The notes under the pieces were generated by a model. The model did no database searches. It was not told the origin of the DNA and saw only the letters and a list, made by a program, of their open reading frames with translations. From a bacterium (lineage in GTDB: Bacteria > Zhuqueibacterota > Zhuqueibacteria > Residuimicrobiales > Krinioviventaceae), in contig CAXXMD010000003.1 of the NCBI GenBank assembly GCA_963675755.2, positions 1,344,001 through 1,408,000 on the forward strand: a stretch of DNA of 64,000 nucleotides. Direction: 5' to 3'. Positions 10,476-20,853 of this stretch are shown in pieces. The translations under genes were made by a program, and so were the position numbers. Each line of letters starts with the position of its first letter. Within the stretch, counting starts at the first letter, position 1.

Positions 10476-10516
10476 AAAAAACCACCCGAGGGACTCGAGC
10501 CCTCGGGTGGTTTTTT
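10476..10516 (-). terminator. Rho-independent terminator of GH92 paralog (T-tracts on both strands)
   Basis: aaaaaaccacccgaggg-actcgag-ccctcgggtggtttttt immediately after the stop. Confidence 0.8.
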
Positions 10517-10517
10517 C

Positions 10518-13514
10518 CTAATGCACCAGTACCGATTTAGGCACGAGCTGCTTCTTGAATCCCGGTCCTTCCCACTTGAACTCTAGATCAAGAACGCCGC
10601 CATTCTGAAAATACTGTACACGAATGGGATGCATTCCCTTTTTTAAAGGTATGGTATTAAACAGCTCCATTGTTGGGTGCAAACCATCACTGTTCACAAC
10701 CGTACGATTATCAATAAACAATTTAGAACCATCATTAGAATTCAGAAAAAATGTATATCTGCCATCCTGTGGAATGTTAATATACCCTTTGAATTCGTAG
10801 GCAAAAAAGCTGTCTTTTTTGCGGATGCTTAGATCCACCTGCTCTGCAACACCGGTTTCAACCGGATCTGTGCCTTCAAAATCACTCATGGTGGCAAACG
10901 TACCTTCGTAATAGGTATATGCCAAACCGGGTTCCACCTTACCGGGATTCACAGCTTCTACCATCACCGCTTTGGTCAGAACGGCTGTATTGGTCAAACT
11001 GGCACGTCCGTCTTTGAACGCTCGTATTTTCAGCGTTGTGTCTTTGGTAATATCAAACTGTCCCGTGTATTTCCGGGATTTCTGTGTGGGTGTTGTTCCG
11101 TTCAGCGTGTAATAAATTTCCGTGCCTTTGGTATCACAAACAAGTTCTACCTCGGCTTTGTCTGTAAACAACCGGCAGTCACTTGCAATATACGGAGTAG
11201 TAATCAATTCAGGTACATTGTCTCTTGGGGGACGTTTGGAAAGATCAGACGCCCATGCTTCATTGGGTTTTGGCCCCATTTGCAATACCAGCTCTCCGCC
11301 TTTGACCAATTCGGAATGCGGAAACCAGAATGTATCCAAAGGTTTACCATTCAATGTCGCGGATTGGATGTATCGGTTTTTTTTCGAATTGTTCACTGCT
11401 GAGATTACAAATTGTTTGCCGGAATAATATTCGGAATCCAATGTAATGGTTGCTTTTTCAAAAAGCGGACTGCTGATCTCGTAAAAGGGATTCACCGCAC
11501 AGCCGCCATCCATTTCAAACAACCCCAATGCCGCCATCACAAACCATGAACCCATCTGACCCTGGTCTTCATCACCGGGGTACCCATTCACCGGCCCGGT
11601 ACCATAATAGTAGTCCAGAATCTCCCGCGCCCAGTACTGGGTAAGCCAGGGCTTGCCGGAATAGTTGAACAGGAACGCTGCCTGCATGTTAGGCTGGTTA
11701 CTGTGATTTACATACTGACTGGTAAAATTGGGTCGCGCTTTTTCAAATCCATCATTCAGGCGATCATTAAACTCGTCCTGACCAAGCAAATCCATCAATC
11801 CCTGCACATCCTGGGGGGCAAACCAGGTATATTGCCAGCCATTGCCTTCAACATAATCCTTGCTGCCAAAATTATCTTCTTTGCCTTTTGCTTTCACAAC
11901 CGGTTCAAAATCGCGCTGCCAGGGTCCGCCTTCATGTTTGGGTCGGGTGTATTTGGTAGAGGGATCAAAAACATTTTTATAATATTGCGCGCGCTGCATA
12001 AAATTCTGATAATCTTCCTGCTGGTCCATGGACTTTGCAAACTGGGCAAAACACCAATCATCATAGGCGTATTCAAGCGTATTCGAAACCTGGCCTATAT
12101 CCGCGGGTACATACCCAATCCGCATATAAGGTGAGAGATGACGATTGCCTACAAAGCCTCCACACTCGTGTGCACGTCCCGGAATGGTCTGAATTTCCCG
12201 AATAGCCTTGTACGCTTTTTCCACATCAAAATTACGAATGCCTTTTTGATACGCGGATACAATCAACGGGATCTCGTGCGAGGCAACCATAATGCTGGAA
12301 TACTCGATCCCTCCCGGTCCCTTGGGCAGCCAGCCACCGCAATCATAGATGGTGAGCAAAGATTTTACCCAGGAATTCATAACATCCGGTGTTAGCATTG
12401 ACCAGAGCTGGTTCAAATTCCAAAAGGTGTTCCAAAATGCATCGCAACCGTAAACCGGTGAGCTTTTATCCTCAGTCTGCTTTTGTTCTTCACACATGTC
12501 GGTAAACATGCCATTCACATCACTGAATATGGTACGTGCGGAATATGAGCGGTACAGGTTGGTATAAAACTTTTCAAAATCGGTTTTCGTTCCGCCTTCA
12601 ACTTTGATCTTGCTCAACAAATCATTCCAGGTATTTCTCGTGCTCATGTGCACTGCGTCAAAATCCCAGCCAAAACCACCCATCTCGGTTTCCAGGTTCA
12701 ATCGCGCCTGTTTAATGCTGACAAACGAGATACCGGTTCTTAGTAAAACCTCCTGACCTTCTGTGGTCTTGAAATTCACATAAACACCTACATCCTTGTC
12801 TCCCACAATCTCCAAATTGTCAATATTCTCCTGCACATTGGAATCAACCCATCCATTCATAGAGTCAAAAGGATGATCAAATTCGGCTGCAAAATAAATG
12901 ATATACTCGTTCCAGCCTTTTTCTTTTTCAATGTAACCTTCAACACCGGTATTACCCACTCGTTTTGCATAGGCTTTTTTGGACTCGGTTTGGTTTTCAT
13001 CCGGTATTTTGAGATCAAACAATACATGCGCGTTATCGGATTGGGGAAAGGTATAGCGCTGCATGCCGGCACGGGTTGTTGCAGTTAACTCTGCTTTTAC
13101 GTCATAGTCTAACAGATCCACGCTGAAATAGCCGGGAGAAGCGGATTCCCGCTTGTGGCTGATGCGAGAACGATACCCGGAATCGGGATCATCTTCAGCG
13201 CCGGGAACGGTTTTCACATCTCCGGTCACCGGCATATTGATAAAACTGCTTACATGCCAGGCATGAATAAAACTGAATCCGCTGTAACTTTCAATTGTAT
13301 ATTCATAACCGGTATCCAACGCATGCGCATCGTAATTGTCGGGACTGAGTTTAACCATTCCAAAGGGCATGGTAACACCGGGGAAAAGCATCCAGCGGCA
13401 GCTTGACGTGCCGGCAAACATGTTGACATAATCCACCGGTTCTTTGGGAGCCGTAGAACATGACAACGACGATAGGACGATCAAAATTAACAGTAAAAAC
13501 TTGGGTACTTTCAT
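10518..13514 (-). CDS. GH92 alpha-mannosidase family lipoprotein with chitobiase/FN3-associated and PA14 domains, paralog 1
   Basis: True start ATG 13514 (GGAGG RBS; MKVPKFLLLILIVLSSLSC lipobox); 'DYVNMFAGT', 'PFGMVKLSPD', 'NTLEYAYDDW', 'YVEGNGWQY', 'HSNQP', 'PGDEDQGQM'; 'IYYTLNGTTPT'; PA14 'GYINIPQDG.YTFFLNSNDGSKLFID'. Confidence 0.9.
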   Translation of the reverse strand: MKVPKFLLLILIVLSSLSCSTAPKEPVDYVNMFAGTSSCRWMLFPGVTMPFGMVKLSPDNYDAHALDTGYEYTIESYSGFSFIHAWHVSSFINMPVTGDVKTVPGAEDDPDSGYRSRISHKRESASPGYFSVDLLDYDVKAELTATTRAGMQRYTFPQSDNAHVLFDLKIPDENQTESKKAYAKRVGNTGVEGYIEKEKGWNEYIIYFAAEFDHPFDSMNGWVDSNVQENIDNLEIVGDKDVGVYVNFKTTEGQEVLLRTGISFVSIKQARLNLETEMGGFGWDFDAVHMSTRNTWNDLLSKIKVEGGTKTDFEKFYTNLYRSYSARTIFSDVNGMFTDMCEEQKQTEDKSSPVYGCDAFWNTFWNLNQLWSMLTPDVMNSWVKSLLTIYDCGGWLPKGPGGIEYSSIMVASHEIPLIVSAYQKGIRNFDVEKAYKAIREIQTIPGRAHECGGFVGNRHLSPYMRIGYVPADIGQVSNTLEYAYDDWCFAQFAKSMDQQEDYQNFMQRAQYYKNVFDPSTKYTRPKHEGGPWQRDFEPVVKAKGKEDNFGSKDYVEGNGWQYTWFAPQDVQGLMDLLGQDEFNDRLNDGFEKARPNFTSQYVNHSNQPNMQAAFLFNYSGKPWLTQYWAREILDYYYGTGPVNGYPGDEDQGQMGSWFVMAALGLFEMDGGCAVNPFYEISSPLFEKATITLDSEYYSGKQFVISAVNNSKKNRYIQSATLNGKPLDTFWFPHSELVKGGELVLQMGPKPNEAWASDLSKRPPRDNVPELITTPYIASDCRLFTDKAEVELVCDTKGTEIYYTLNGTTPTQKSRKYTGQFDITKDTTLKIRAFKDGRASLTNTAVLTKAVMVEAVNPGKVEPGLAYTYYEGTFATMSDFEGTDPVETGVAEQVDLSIRKKDSFFAYEFKGYINIPQDGRYTFFLNSNDGSKLFIDNRTVVNSDGLHPTMELFNTIPLKKGMHPIRVQYFQNGGVLDLEFKWEGPGFKKQLVPKSVLVH

Positions 13515-13581
13515 AACACCTCCCATAACCAAAATTAAATATTTAAAGAAATTTTCAGATACCGGACCGGTCTGTCCTAAA

Positions 13582-13612
13582 TCCACCCGAGGGAAACCTG
13601 GCCCTCGGGTGA
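13582..13612 (-). terminator. Stem-loop after GH92 paralog 2 (paralogous to the 10476 hairpin, weaker U-tract)
   Basis: ccacccgaggg-aaacctgg-ccctcgggtga. Confidence 0.55.
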
Positions 13613-13620
13613 TGAAATTT

Positions 13621-16620
13621 CTAATGCACCAACACCTCTTTGGGTACAAACTTTCTTTTGAATCCCGGGCCTTCCCATTTGAATTCCAGATCCAGACTGC
13701 CTCCATTCTGAAAATACTGTACCCGAATAGGGTGCATTCCCTTTTTCAACGATAGGGTATTAAACCGCTCCAAAGTCGGGTGCAATCCGTCACTGTTTAT
13801 AATCGTTCGCTTATCAATAAACAGTTTGGACCCGTCATTGGATTTCAGAAAAAATGAATACAAACCGTCCTGGGGAATGTTAATATAGCCCTCAAACTCG
13901 TAGGCAAAATAGCTGTCTTTTTTACGGATACTCACGTCCACCTGTTCCGCTACACCGGTTTCTTCCGGGTCCGTGCCCTCAAAGTCGCTCATGGAGGCAA
14001 AAGTCCCTTCATAGTAGGTGTATGCCAATCCGGGCTCCACTTTACCTGGATTCACAGCATCAACCATAACGGCTTTGGTCAGAATTGCGGTATTGGTCAG
14101 GCTGGAACGTTCTCCCTTGAACGCGCGTATTTTCAGGGTGGTATTTTTCGATACGGTAAACGGTCCCGTATAACGCAGGGATTTGCGTGTCGGTGTTGTT
14201 CCGTTCAGGGTATAGTGGATTTCCGTTCCCTCAGTATCACAAATGAGTTCCACCTCGGTGTTGTCCATAAACATACGGTTGTCCTTTGCAAGATACGGAG
14301 TAGTGATCAATGGGGGGACATCCTCTCTCGGAGGACGTTTACTCAGATCTGACGCCCACGATTCGTTGGGTTTGGAGCCCATTTGCAGCACCAGTTCACC
14401 GCCTTTGACCAGATCCGAATGCGGAAACCAGAACGTCTCCAAAGGTTTGCCGTTCAGAGTAGCGGACTGGATATATCTGTTCTTTTTCGAATTGTTGACC
14501 GCATGGATAACAAACTGCTTGCCTGAATAATAATCGGAATCCAGCTCAATAGTGATTTTTTCAAAAAGCGGACTGGTGATCTCGTAAAAAGGGTCCACTG
14601 CGCAGCCGCCATCTATTTCAAACAATCCCAGGGCTGCCATCACGTACCATGAGCTCATTTGTCCCTGGTCCTCATCGCCGGGATAACCGTTGAGCGGCCC
14701 GGTCCCGTAATAATAGTCCAAAATCTCCCGCGACCAGTACTGTGTAAGCCAGGGCTTGCCGGAATAGTTGAATAAAAACGCAGCCTGCATATTGGGTTGG
14801 TTACTGTGATTGACATACTGGCTGGTAAAATTGGGGCGCGCTTTTTCAAATCCATCATTCAAGCGATCGTTAAACTCGTCGATCCCCAGTAAATCAACCA
14901 GTCCCTGAACATCCTGGGGAGCAAACCAGGTATATTGCCAAGCATTGCCTTCTAGATAATCCTTGCTGCCAAAATTATCTTCTTTGCCCTTTGCTTTCAT
15001 AACCGGTTCAAAATATTGCTGCCAAGGTCCGCCTTCATGTTTGGGCCGGGTATAATGAGTGGTGGGATCAAAAACATTCTTGAAATATTGTGCGCGCTGA
15101 CTGAATTCCTGGTAATCCGCTTTCCGGTCCATTGCTTTTGCAAATTGGGCAAAACACCAGTCATCATAGGCATATTCAAGCGTAATGGAAACCTGGCCAA
15201 TATCCGCGGGAACATAGCCGATCTCCATGTAGGGCTTGAGATGACGGTTGCCCACATGTCCTCCGCACTCGTGCGCTATGCCGGGAGTGGTTTGAATTTC
15301 CCGAATGGCCTTGTATGCTTTTTCTATATCATAATTGCGGATGCCTTTTTGATACGCGGATACGATCAGCGGGATCTCGTGCGAGGCAACCATGATACTG
15401 GAGTATTCGATGCCGCCCGGTCCCTTGGGCAGCCAGCCGCCGCAATCGTAAATGGTCAGCAAAGAGTTGACCCATTTGTTCATAATATCGGGAGTCACCA
15501 GCGACCAGAGCTGGTTCAGGTTCCAAAAGGTGTTCCAGAACGCGTCACAGCCATACACTGGGGAATCGGGATCGTCGAGCTGCTGTACTTTTTCGCACAT
15601 GTCCATGAACTTGCCGTTTGCGTCACTGAACATGGTACGCGCCGAATAAGAACGGTACAGGTTGGTGTAAAACTTTTCAAAATCATCTTCCTTACCACCT
15701 TCAACATTTATCTTGCTAAAGAGATCGCTCCAGGTGTTTCTGGCGTTTTGATGCACCGCGTCAAAGTCCCAGCCGAATGCTGCCATTTCGGTGTTCATAT
15801 TCAACCTTGCCTGATCAATACTGACATATGAAATACCGGTCCGCAGCAGGACCTCCTGGTCTTTTTCAGTCTTGAAATTAACATATACGCCCATATCCTT
15901 GTCTTCCATAACTTCAAGATCATCAATGTTTTCATGGACAATGGTATCAATCCATCCGCCCATAGACTCGAAAGGACGATCAAACTCGGCTGCAAAATAG
16001 AGAATATACTGGTTCCAGTCTTTTTCCTTTTCAATATATCCTTCCACACCTGTATCACCCACTTTTTTTGCATAAGCCCTTTTGATTTCGTACTGTAATT
16101 CATCCGGGATTATAAGATCAAACAGTACACGGGCATTATCGGATTGGGGAAAGGTATAACGCTGCATTCCCGCGCGGGTAGTGGCCGTCAATTCCGCCTT
16201 TATATCATAATCCAGTAAATCCACACTGAAATAACCGGGTGATGCGCATTCCCGCTTGTGGCTGATGCGAGAACGATACCCAGAATCGGGATCGTCTTCC
16301 GCACCGGGAACCGTTTTCAACTCACCTGTTACCGGCATATTGAGGAAACTGCTCATTTGCCAGGAATGGACATAACCAAATCCACAGTAACTCTCGATTG
16401 TGTATTCATACCCGGTATCGAGTGCGTGCGCGTCGTAATTATTGGGACTGAGTTTTACCATCCCAAAAGGCATGGTTGCCCCGGGGAACAGCATCCATCG
16501 GCTGCTTGAGGTCCCGGCAAACATGTTGACATAATCCACCGGTTCTTTGAGAGCCGTGGAACATGACAACGACGATAGGATTATAAATAACGATATCACA
16601 ATCCAGAGTGACTTTTTCAT
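13621..16620 (-). CDS. GH92 alpha-mannosidase family lipoprotein with PA14 domain, paralog 2
   Basis: 999 aa; same motifs and lipobox (LSSLSC) as paralog 1; colinear over the whole length. Confidence 0.9.
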   Translation of the reverse strand: MKKSLWIVISLFIILSSLSCSTALKEPVDYVNMFAGTSSSRWMLFPGATMPFGMVKLSPNNYDAHALDTGYEYTIESYCGFGYVHSWQMSSFLNMPVTGELKTVPGAEDDPDSGYRSRISHKRECASPGYFSVDLLDYDIKAELTATTRAGMQRYTFPQSDNARVLFDLIIPDELQYEIKRAYAKKVGDTGVEGYIEKEKDWNQYILYFAAEFDRPFESMGGWIDTIVHENIDDLEVMEDKDMGVYVNFKTEKDQEVLLRTGISYVSIDQARLNMNTEMAAFGWDFDAVHQNARNTWSDLFSKINVEGGKEDDFEKFYTNLYRSYSARTMFSDANGKFMDMCEKVQQLDDPDSPVYGCDAFWNTFWNLNQLWSLVTPDIMNKWVNSLLTIYDCGGWLPKGPGGIEYSSIMVASHEIPLIVSAYQKGIRNYDIEKAYKAIREIQTTPGIAHECGGHVGNRHLKPYMEIGYVPADIGQVSITLEYAYDDWCFAQFAKAMDRKADYQEFSQRAQYFKNVFDPTTHYTRPKHEGGPWQQYFEPVMKAKGKEDNFGSKDYLEGNAWQYTWFAPQDVQGLVDLLGIDEFNDRLNDGFEKARPNFTSQYVNHSNQPNMQAAFLFNYSGKPWLTQYWSREILDYYYGTGPLNGYPGDEDQGQMSSWYVMAALGLFEIDGGCAVDPFYEITSPLFEKITIELDSDYYSGKQFVIHAVNNSKKNRYIQSATLNGKPLETFWFPHSDLVKGGELVLQMGSKPNESWASDLSKRPPREDVPPLITTPYLAKDNRMFMDNTEVELICDTEGTEIHYTLNGTTPTRKSLRYTGPFTVSKNTTLKIRAFKGERSSLTNTAILTKAVMVDAVNPGKVEPGLAYTYYEGTFASMSDFEGTDPEETGVAEQVDVSIRKKDSYFAYEFEGYINIPQDGLYSFFLKSNDGSKLFIDKRTIINSDGLHPTLERFNTLSLKKGMHPIRVQYFQNGGSLDLEFKWEGPGFKRKFVPKEVLVH

Positions 16621-16669
16621 GATTCATTCCTTAATATAATAGAACAAAATCCTAGTATTATTAAAATTT

Positions 16670-16805
16670 ACCACAGATAAACGCAGATTAATACAGATAA
16701 AATTTATTTATAACGCTTGCCTTCTATTTTTATCTGCGTTCATCCATGTGCATCAGTGGTTAATTATTTATTTCTTTTTGCGATCTTTGTGGCTTTGTGG
16801 TTCAA
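16670..16805. repeat. 9-nt-period intergenic repeats (family B), inverted pair plus a third arm
   Basis: accacagat-aaacgcagat-taatacagat-aaaa (16670-16702) is an imperfect inverted copy of ttttatctgcgttcatccatgtgcatcagtggt (16728-16760); followed by ttttgcgat-ctttgtgg-ctttgtggtt. Confidence 0.65.
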
Positions 16806-16816
16806 ATTTTTAATTG

Positions 16817-18604
16817 TCACTTTGTTTCATTTTCTGCCGGTGGCAGATGATCATACCAGGTAAATTTCAAAACAATAGCACTCACCAAGGCAACCATAAA
16901 CCACAGTATTGCCTTACCATACCAGTGCCCTACCAGAAACATGGGAGACAAATACAATCCGCATACAGCAGCCATGGCAATCAATACATTGATTATTGCC
17001 AGCTTGCCGCTTTCGGAGAAATTGTTCAACTCGGGTTCACTCAATTTCGATTTTCCACGCACCGATTTCCAGGCACCGAAAGGACGTACAGAATCATAAA
17101 ACCGGACCAGTATTGAATCGTCTACCGGAGCGGTTTTATAGGATACAACAATACACAAAATCAGAGATGTTATCGCAATCGCCGGGAATACAATATACAC
17201 AGGGATTGAAGGATAAATCAGGGCTATAAGCGACAAGAGGATCCCGCCGAATGTACCCCACGAATATCCCCATCCGTTCAATCGCCACCAATACCAGCGC
17301 AGTACATTAGGGACCACCACACCGGCACCCAGCGCCATCATAATCCAGCTCCAGATCTGGGCAATGGATGTTGCAAAGAACCCGATTACAAGGCCCACAA
17401 TTACGATTAGCAAAGACGCAACCCGACTGATGCGGATACTCTGTACTTCACTTTCACCGGGCTTGATATAAACCTCCCAGATGTCTTTAACAACAAACGA
17501 AGCGCCGCTGTTCACAATAGAGCTAAATGTGGACATGAACGCCGCCAGCAAACCCGCAATAACGAGTCCGCGTATACCTGTTGGCAGGTATTGCATTAAC
17601 ACAATAGGCATAACCTTTTCAGAGTCGGTCACACCGGTAACACCCGCTAGTGCCAGCAGGGCAATACCAATGGTCATGGCCCAGCGCACAATCAGAAAAA
17701 AGCTCCATGCCGCTCCCACCTTGGCAGCATCGCGGGGATGACGCGCCGCCAGGAATCGCTGAAAGTCATACATCTGCGCGGGTCCGCCGGCATTGAGCAA
17801 CAATCCTTTCATGATCCAGACGATTACCAGCGCACCAAAAAATTCAAATTCCGCACCGCTCTGCTCCGGAATTCGCCAGGGAATATGTAAAGACGTCCAG
17901 TCTGATGGTAGATTGGAAAGCAGTTGGGGATCCAGTTTGGACCAGGCAATAAAAGCTATAAATATACTACCCAGGGTAAGCACCAGCGTCTGGATTACAT
18001 CCGTGACCACCACGCTATAAAGTCCGCCAAGGATCACATAAAGTGTGGTAATTCCCATCACCAGAACCGCTAGAATATCGGGTTGGTGGGCAAGAATCCA
18101 GGATTGCATGGACGCATTAAAGAATCCCGCAATCGGTGCCAGTGAGATATAAACCGACGCAAACTTGCCAATTCCCTGGTACGCGTAACCGATAAAACTG
18201 CACAAGGTTAAAATTGCCATAATCGCATACGCGGTTCGTGCCAGTCTGCCTCCGGTATCGTCACCAAAGCGGGTTTTCATCCATTCCGCGGCAGTCATGA
18301 CGTTGGAGCGCCGCACCCATTTGCCCATATAGGCCATGAAAAACGCAGCCATGTAAAATCCCCACATCCAGTGGTGCCACATGGACTTCATCCCCAGTAC
18401 AAACAGGATGGAAACGATCCACATGGTTCCGGTAATGTCAAATGTTGAAACCGAACCGGACATGGCCAGGGGCAGCCAGTGAATGTTTTTACCGCCAAGA
18501 AAATAAGATTCAAGATTTTGAGATGCTTTTTTCTGATACCAGAAACCAAAAGCGAGAACGACGAGAAAATACAGCGCAATGATACTATAATCCACGGATT
18601 GCAT
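16817..18604 (-). CDS. Sodium:solute symporter (SSS family)
   Basis: About 14 TM segments; 'YFLGGKNIHW', 'GGLYSVVVTDVIQ', 'QRFLAA', 'GLLAAFMSTFSS'. Confidence 0.9.
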   Translation of the reverse strand: MQSVDYSIIALYFLVVLAFGFWYQKKASQNLESYFLGGKNIHWLPLAMSGSVSTFDITGTMWIVSILFVLGMKSMWHHWMWGFYMAAFFMAYMGKWVRRSNVMTAAEWMKTRFGDDTGGRLARTAYAIMAILTLCSFIGYAYQGIGKFASVYISLAPIAGFFNASMQSWILAHQPDILAVLVMGITTLYVILGGLYSVVVTDVIQTLVLTLGSIFIAFIAWSKLDPQLLSNLPSDWTSLHIPWRIPEQSGAEFEFFGALVIVWIMKGLLLNAGGPAQMYDFQRFLAARHPRDAAKVGAAWSFFLIVRWAMTIGIALLALAGVTGVTDSEKVMPIVLMQYLPTGIRGLVIAGLLAAFMSTFSSIVNSGASFVVKDIWEVYIKPGESEVQSIRISRVASLLIVIVGLVIGFFATSIAQIWSWIMMALGAGVVVPNVLRWYWWRLNGWGYSWGTFGGILLSLIALIYPSIPVYIVFPAIAITSLILCIVVSYKTAPVDDSILVRFYDSVRPFGAWKSVRGKSKLSEPELNNFSESGKLAIINVLIAMAAVCGLYLSPMFLVGHWYGKAILWFMVALVSAIVLKFTWYDHLPPAENETK

Positions 18605-18778
18605 AGGGGACCTCAAAAACAGTTAATTGGATTACTCCGGCGTATGGCCCGGACTGCGGAAAATATATAATATATTCGGTATTTCGTCAGGATTGTTGTA
18701 GAATGTAGATGAAATATGGTAGAAATGCAACAGGTTTATAAAGCCAAGATCTGTATCTATTCTCAAAACCAGGAATGT

Positions 18779-18805
18779 TCGTGCCATAAATAATCTCTGT
18801 CACAA
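18779..18805. repeat. Degenerate copy of palindrome family A
   Basis: tcgtgccataaataatctctgtcacaa versus consensus tcgtgacggagataatctccgtcacga. Confidence 0.4.
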
Positions 18806-18912
18806 TCCCTTGAATTTTATTATCGATATAAACAGAGAATTCTTCTCTTATCAGGCCCTTTATAATTTTTCAAAAATAGAAAGACAACTTTTTGTTATAA
18901 AAATGATCGTAT

Positions 18913-19311
18913 TTATTCAAGAATTTGAAAATGTTTGCTTCCTGTTGTTTTTTTGTCAAAAGTAATTGTAAATTCACAATCCTTTGATGAATTTATTTCC
19001 CCTATTAAATAATCAGGAAAATCAGCTGATCCTGATTTATATGCTCTCAATGCGTCCCAGGCAGCACTTGAATTTTCCACCAAAAGTTCAGATGTACATA
19101 GAATATTTTCTATAACCTCTGCTATCACTGTTTTATTATATTTATAGGCCCTTTTCAACACCCATACCAGTTCACAAAGAACTAAACTATTAATAAATCC
19201 CGGATGAGTAGTATTACAATTCGCTTCTAAATAATGACCCGCCTTTTGGGATTGTGAAGGATCGTCTTGAACAATATACCTAACAAGAACATTGGTATCA
19301 ATACCAATCAT
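18913..19311 (-). CDS. vapC: VapC-family PIN-domain toxin
   Basis: 'MIGIDTNVLVRY', 'VLCELVWVL', 'ADFPDYLIG', 'TFDK' PIN acidic motifs; 4-bp overlap with the antitoxin gene. Confidence 0.9.
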   Translation of the reverse strand: MIGIDTNVLVRYIVQDDPSQSQKAGHYLEANCNTTHPGFINSLVLCELVWVLKRAYKYNKTVIAEVIENILCTSELLVENSSAAWDALRAYKSGSADFPDYLIGEINSSKDCEFTITFDKKTTGSKHFQILE

Positions 19312-19544
19312 AATTTGCTTCCTTCATACTCTATGGCATTCTGCATATCTTCAAGACTGATAGCTTTATCCGGCTTTGGTACCATTCCTTTCAACCGGGA
19401 TAAAGGTTGGGTTACCGGAACAATCCTTAATCCCAATTCCGGATCATCTAAAAATTCAACCTTGTCACCAGATTGCAAACCGTATTTTTCACGAATTGCT
19501 TTAGGAACGGTTAACTGACCTTTTGATGTTATTGTAGATGTCAT
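19308..19544 (-). CDS. vapB: AbrB/MazE/SpoVT-family antitoxin (VapB)
   Basis: 'STITSKGQLTVPKAIREKYGLQSGDKVEF' swapped-hairpin AbrB motif, upstream of the PIN toxin. Confidence 0.9.
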   Translation of the reverse strand: MTSTITSKGQLTVPKAIREKYGLQSGDKVEFLDDPELGLRIVPVTQPLSRLKGMVPKPDKAISLEDMQNAIEYEGSKL

Positions 19545-19585
19545 ATTCCTTACCTTTACTTTTATTCCTTACTAAAGGTAAGAAA
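19545..19585. promoter_or_regulatory. Putative vapBC autoregulatory operator
   Basis: Perfect inverted repeat cttaccttta (19549-19558) / taaaggtaag (19573-19582), plus direct repeat attccttac x2, directly upstream of vapB. Confidence 0.6.
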
Positions 19586-19665
19586 TCCATTAAATGCTGT
19601 CAATAATTATTTTTCTTTTTTAAAATTTTCTAATATATTTAAATAACAACTCTGGAGAATTTCCC

Positions 19666-20511
19666 ATGCATATACGTACCCTTACCGAATCAGATATTGA
19701 TTTCGCCTTTGAATGCACCCAGGACGAAGGCTGGTATGGCTTTGATCGCACGGTGTTTGAAGACTTGATTGCCTTTGACCCTAACGGCTGTTTTATTGCC
19801 GAACTGGATGCGCAGCCTGTTGGTATTTGCTTTTCCATTGCCTACCAAAACAATGGCTTCATTGGTTATTTTATTATGAAAGAATCCGTTCGGTGCCAGG
19901 GACTCGGCAGTCGATTGTTTGCCCATTCCATGGAGTATCTGGAAGCAAAAGGCATCCCCAATATCTATCTGGATGGCAATATACCCGCGGTGCCTATTTA
20001 CGAGCGCTACGGCCTGCATAAAAGCACTCTTTCACTCCGGTTTCTGGGCACTTTTGAGGGCAAACACCATGATAAAGTACGTCAAATGACAATTGAGGAT
20101 CTGAACCCAATCTGCAACATTGACCAGGAGTTGTTTGGAGATGACCGCAGTTTTTTTCTCAAAGAACGCTTTCGTCGCTTTGCTCCCTATTGTCTGGTTT
20201 CTGAATCAGAGAATGATATAGATGGTTATATTTTTGGCTATCCCGCTCCTGATGTTATTGCCGTTGCACCTCTTGCGATATTGAACAAAGACCAGGATCC
20301 CCTGCCGCTGCTGCAATCTCTTGCATTGATTGCGGAAAACCGGCCTTTCAGAATTGGAGTTCTGGAAAGCCATGAAAAAGCGGTACAATTCTTTCGGGCT
20401 ATTCCCAACCTGGAAGAAAGCGCGCCATGCTGGCGTATGGTTCTGGGCAACTCGGAAAGACTGGGCAACCATGAAAACCTGTGGGCTATTGGTTCAGCAG
20501 CAAAGGGGTGA
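19666..20511 (+). CDS. GNAT family N-acetyltransferase (YitH-like, two domains)
   Basis: Acetyl-CoA motif 'VRCQGLGSRLF', 'PIYERYG'; C-terminal 'D...FGDDRS.FL'. Confidence 0.85.
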   Translation: MHIRTLTESDIDFAFECTQDEGWYGFDRTVFEDLIAFDPNGCFIAELDAQPVGICFSIAYQNNGFIGYFIMKESVRCQGLGSRLFAHSMEYLEAKGIPNIYLDGNIPAVPIYERYGLHKSTLSLRFLGTFEGKHHDKVRQMTIEDLNPICNIDQELFGDDRSFFLKERFRRFAPYCLVSESENDIDGYIFGYPAPDVIAVAPLAILNKDQDPLPLLQSLALIAENRPFRIGVLESHEKAVQFFRAIPNLEESAPCWRMVLGNSERLGNHENLWAIGSAAKG

Positions 20512-20545
20512 TGAATTTAGAACATTATTCTATCGTCAATAAAAT

Positions 20546-20575
20546 GATCGTGACGGAGATAATCTCCGCCATGAG
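20546..20575. repeat. Palindrome family A copy
   Basis: gatcgtgacggagat-a-atctccgccatgag, 35 nt after the GNAT stop. Confidence 0.7.
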
Positions 20576-20611
20576 AAAAAAATTTGCAAGCTGAATCTAA
20601 AATAGAAAACC

Positions 20612-20645
20612 AGCCCACAAAACACACGAATAATCACGAAAAAAA
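20612..20645. repeat. 9-nt-period family B arm
   Basis: agcccacaaaa-cacacgaat-aatcacgaa-aaaa, similar to the reverse complement of 48157-48190. Confidence 0.5.
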
Positions 20646-20853
20646 CGGTTTTCAAATTTGGTTTTTTGCAGTCATGGTTAATTCTTGATTTAAATAAATA
20701 ATAGATATCCATCTTGTGAGCAGAGAAAATAGCTTTTCTTTGCGCTCTCTGCATAATCATGGTGTACTTTGCGTTTTGTCTTTTATGAAATCCATTGTAA
20801 AAAATTAACTTTCCATACAATAATTTTCCACCCTTTTCGTCTATAATAGTGAG

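Noticed and set aside
13515-13706. N-terminal extension of the 1062-aa GH92 ORF overlapping the upstream paralog
   Set aside because: The real start is ATG 13514 (GGAGG RBS, lipoprotein signal matching the paralog); the extension crosses a hairpin and the neighbouring gene.
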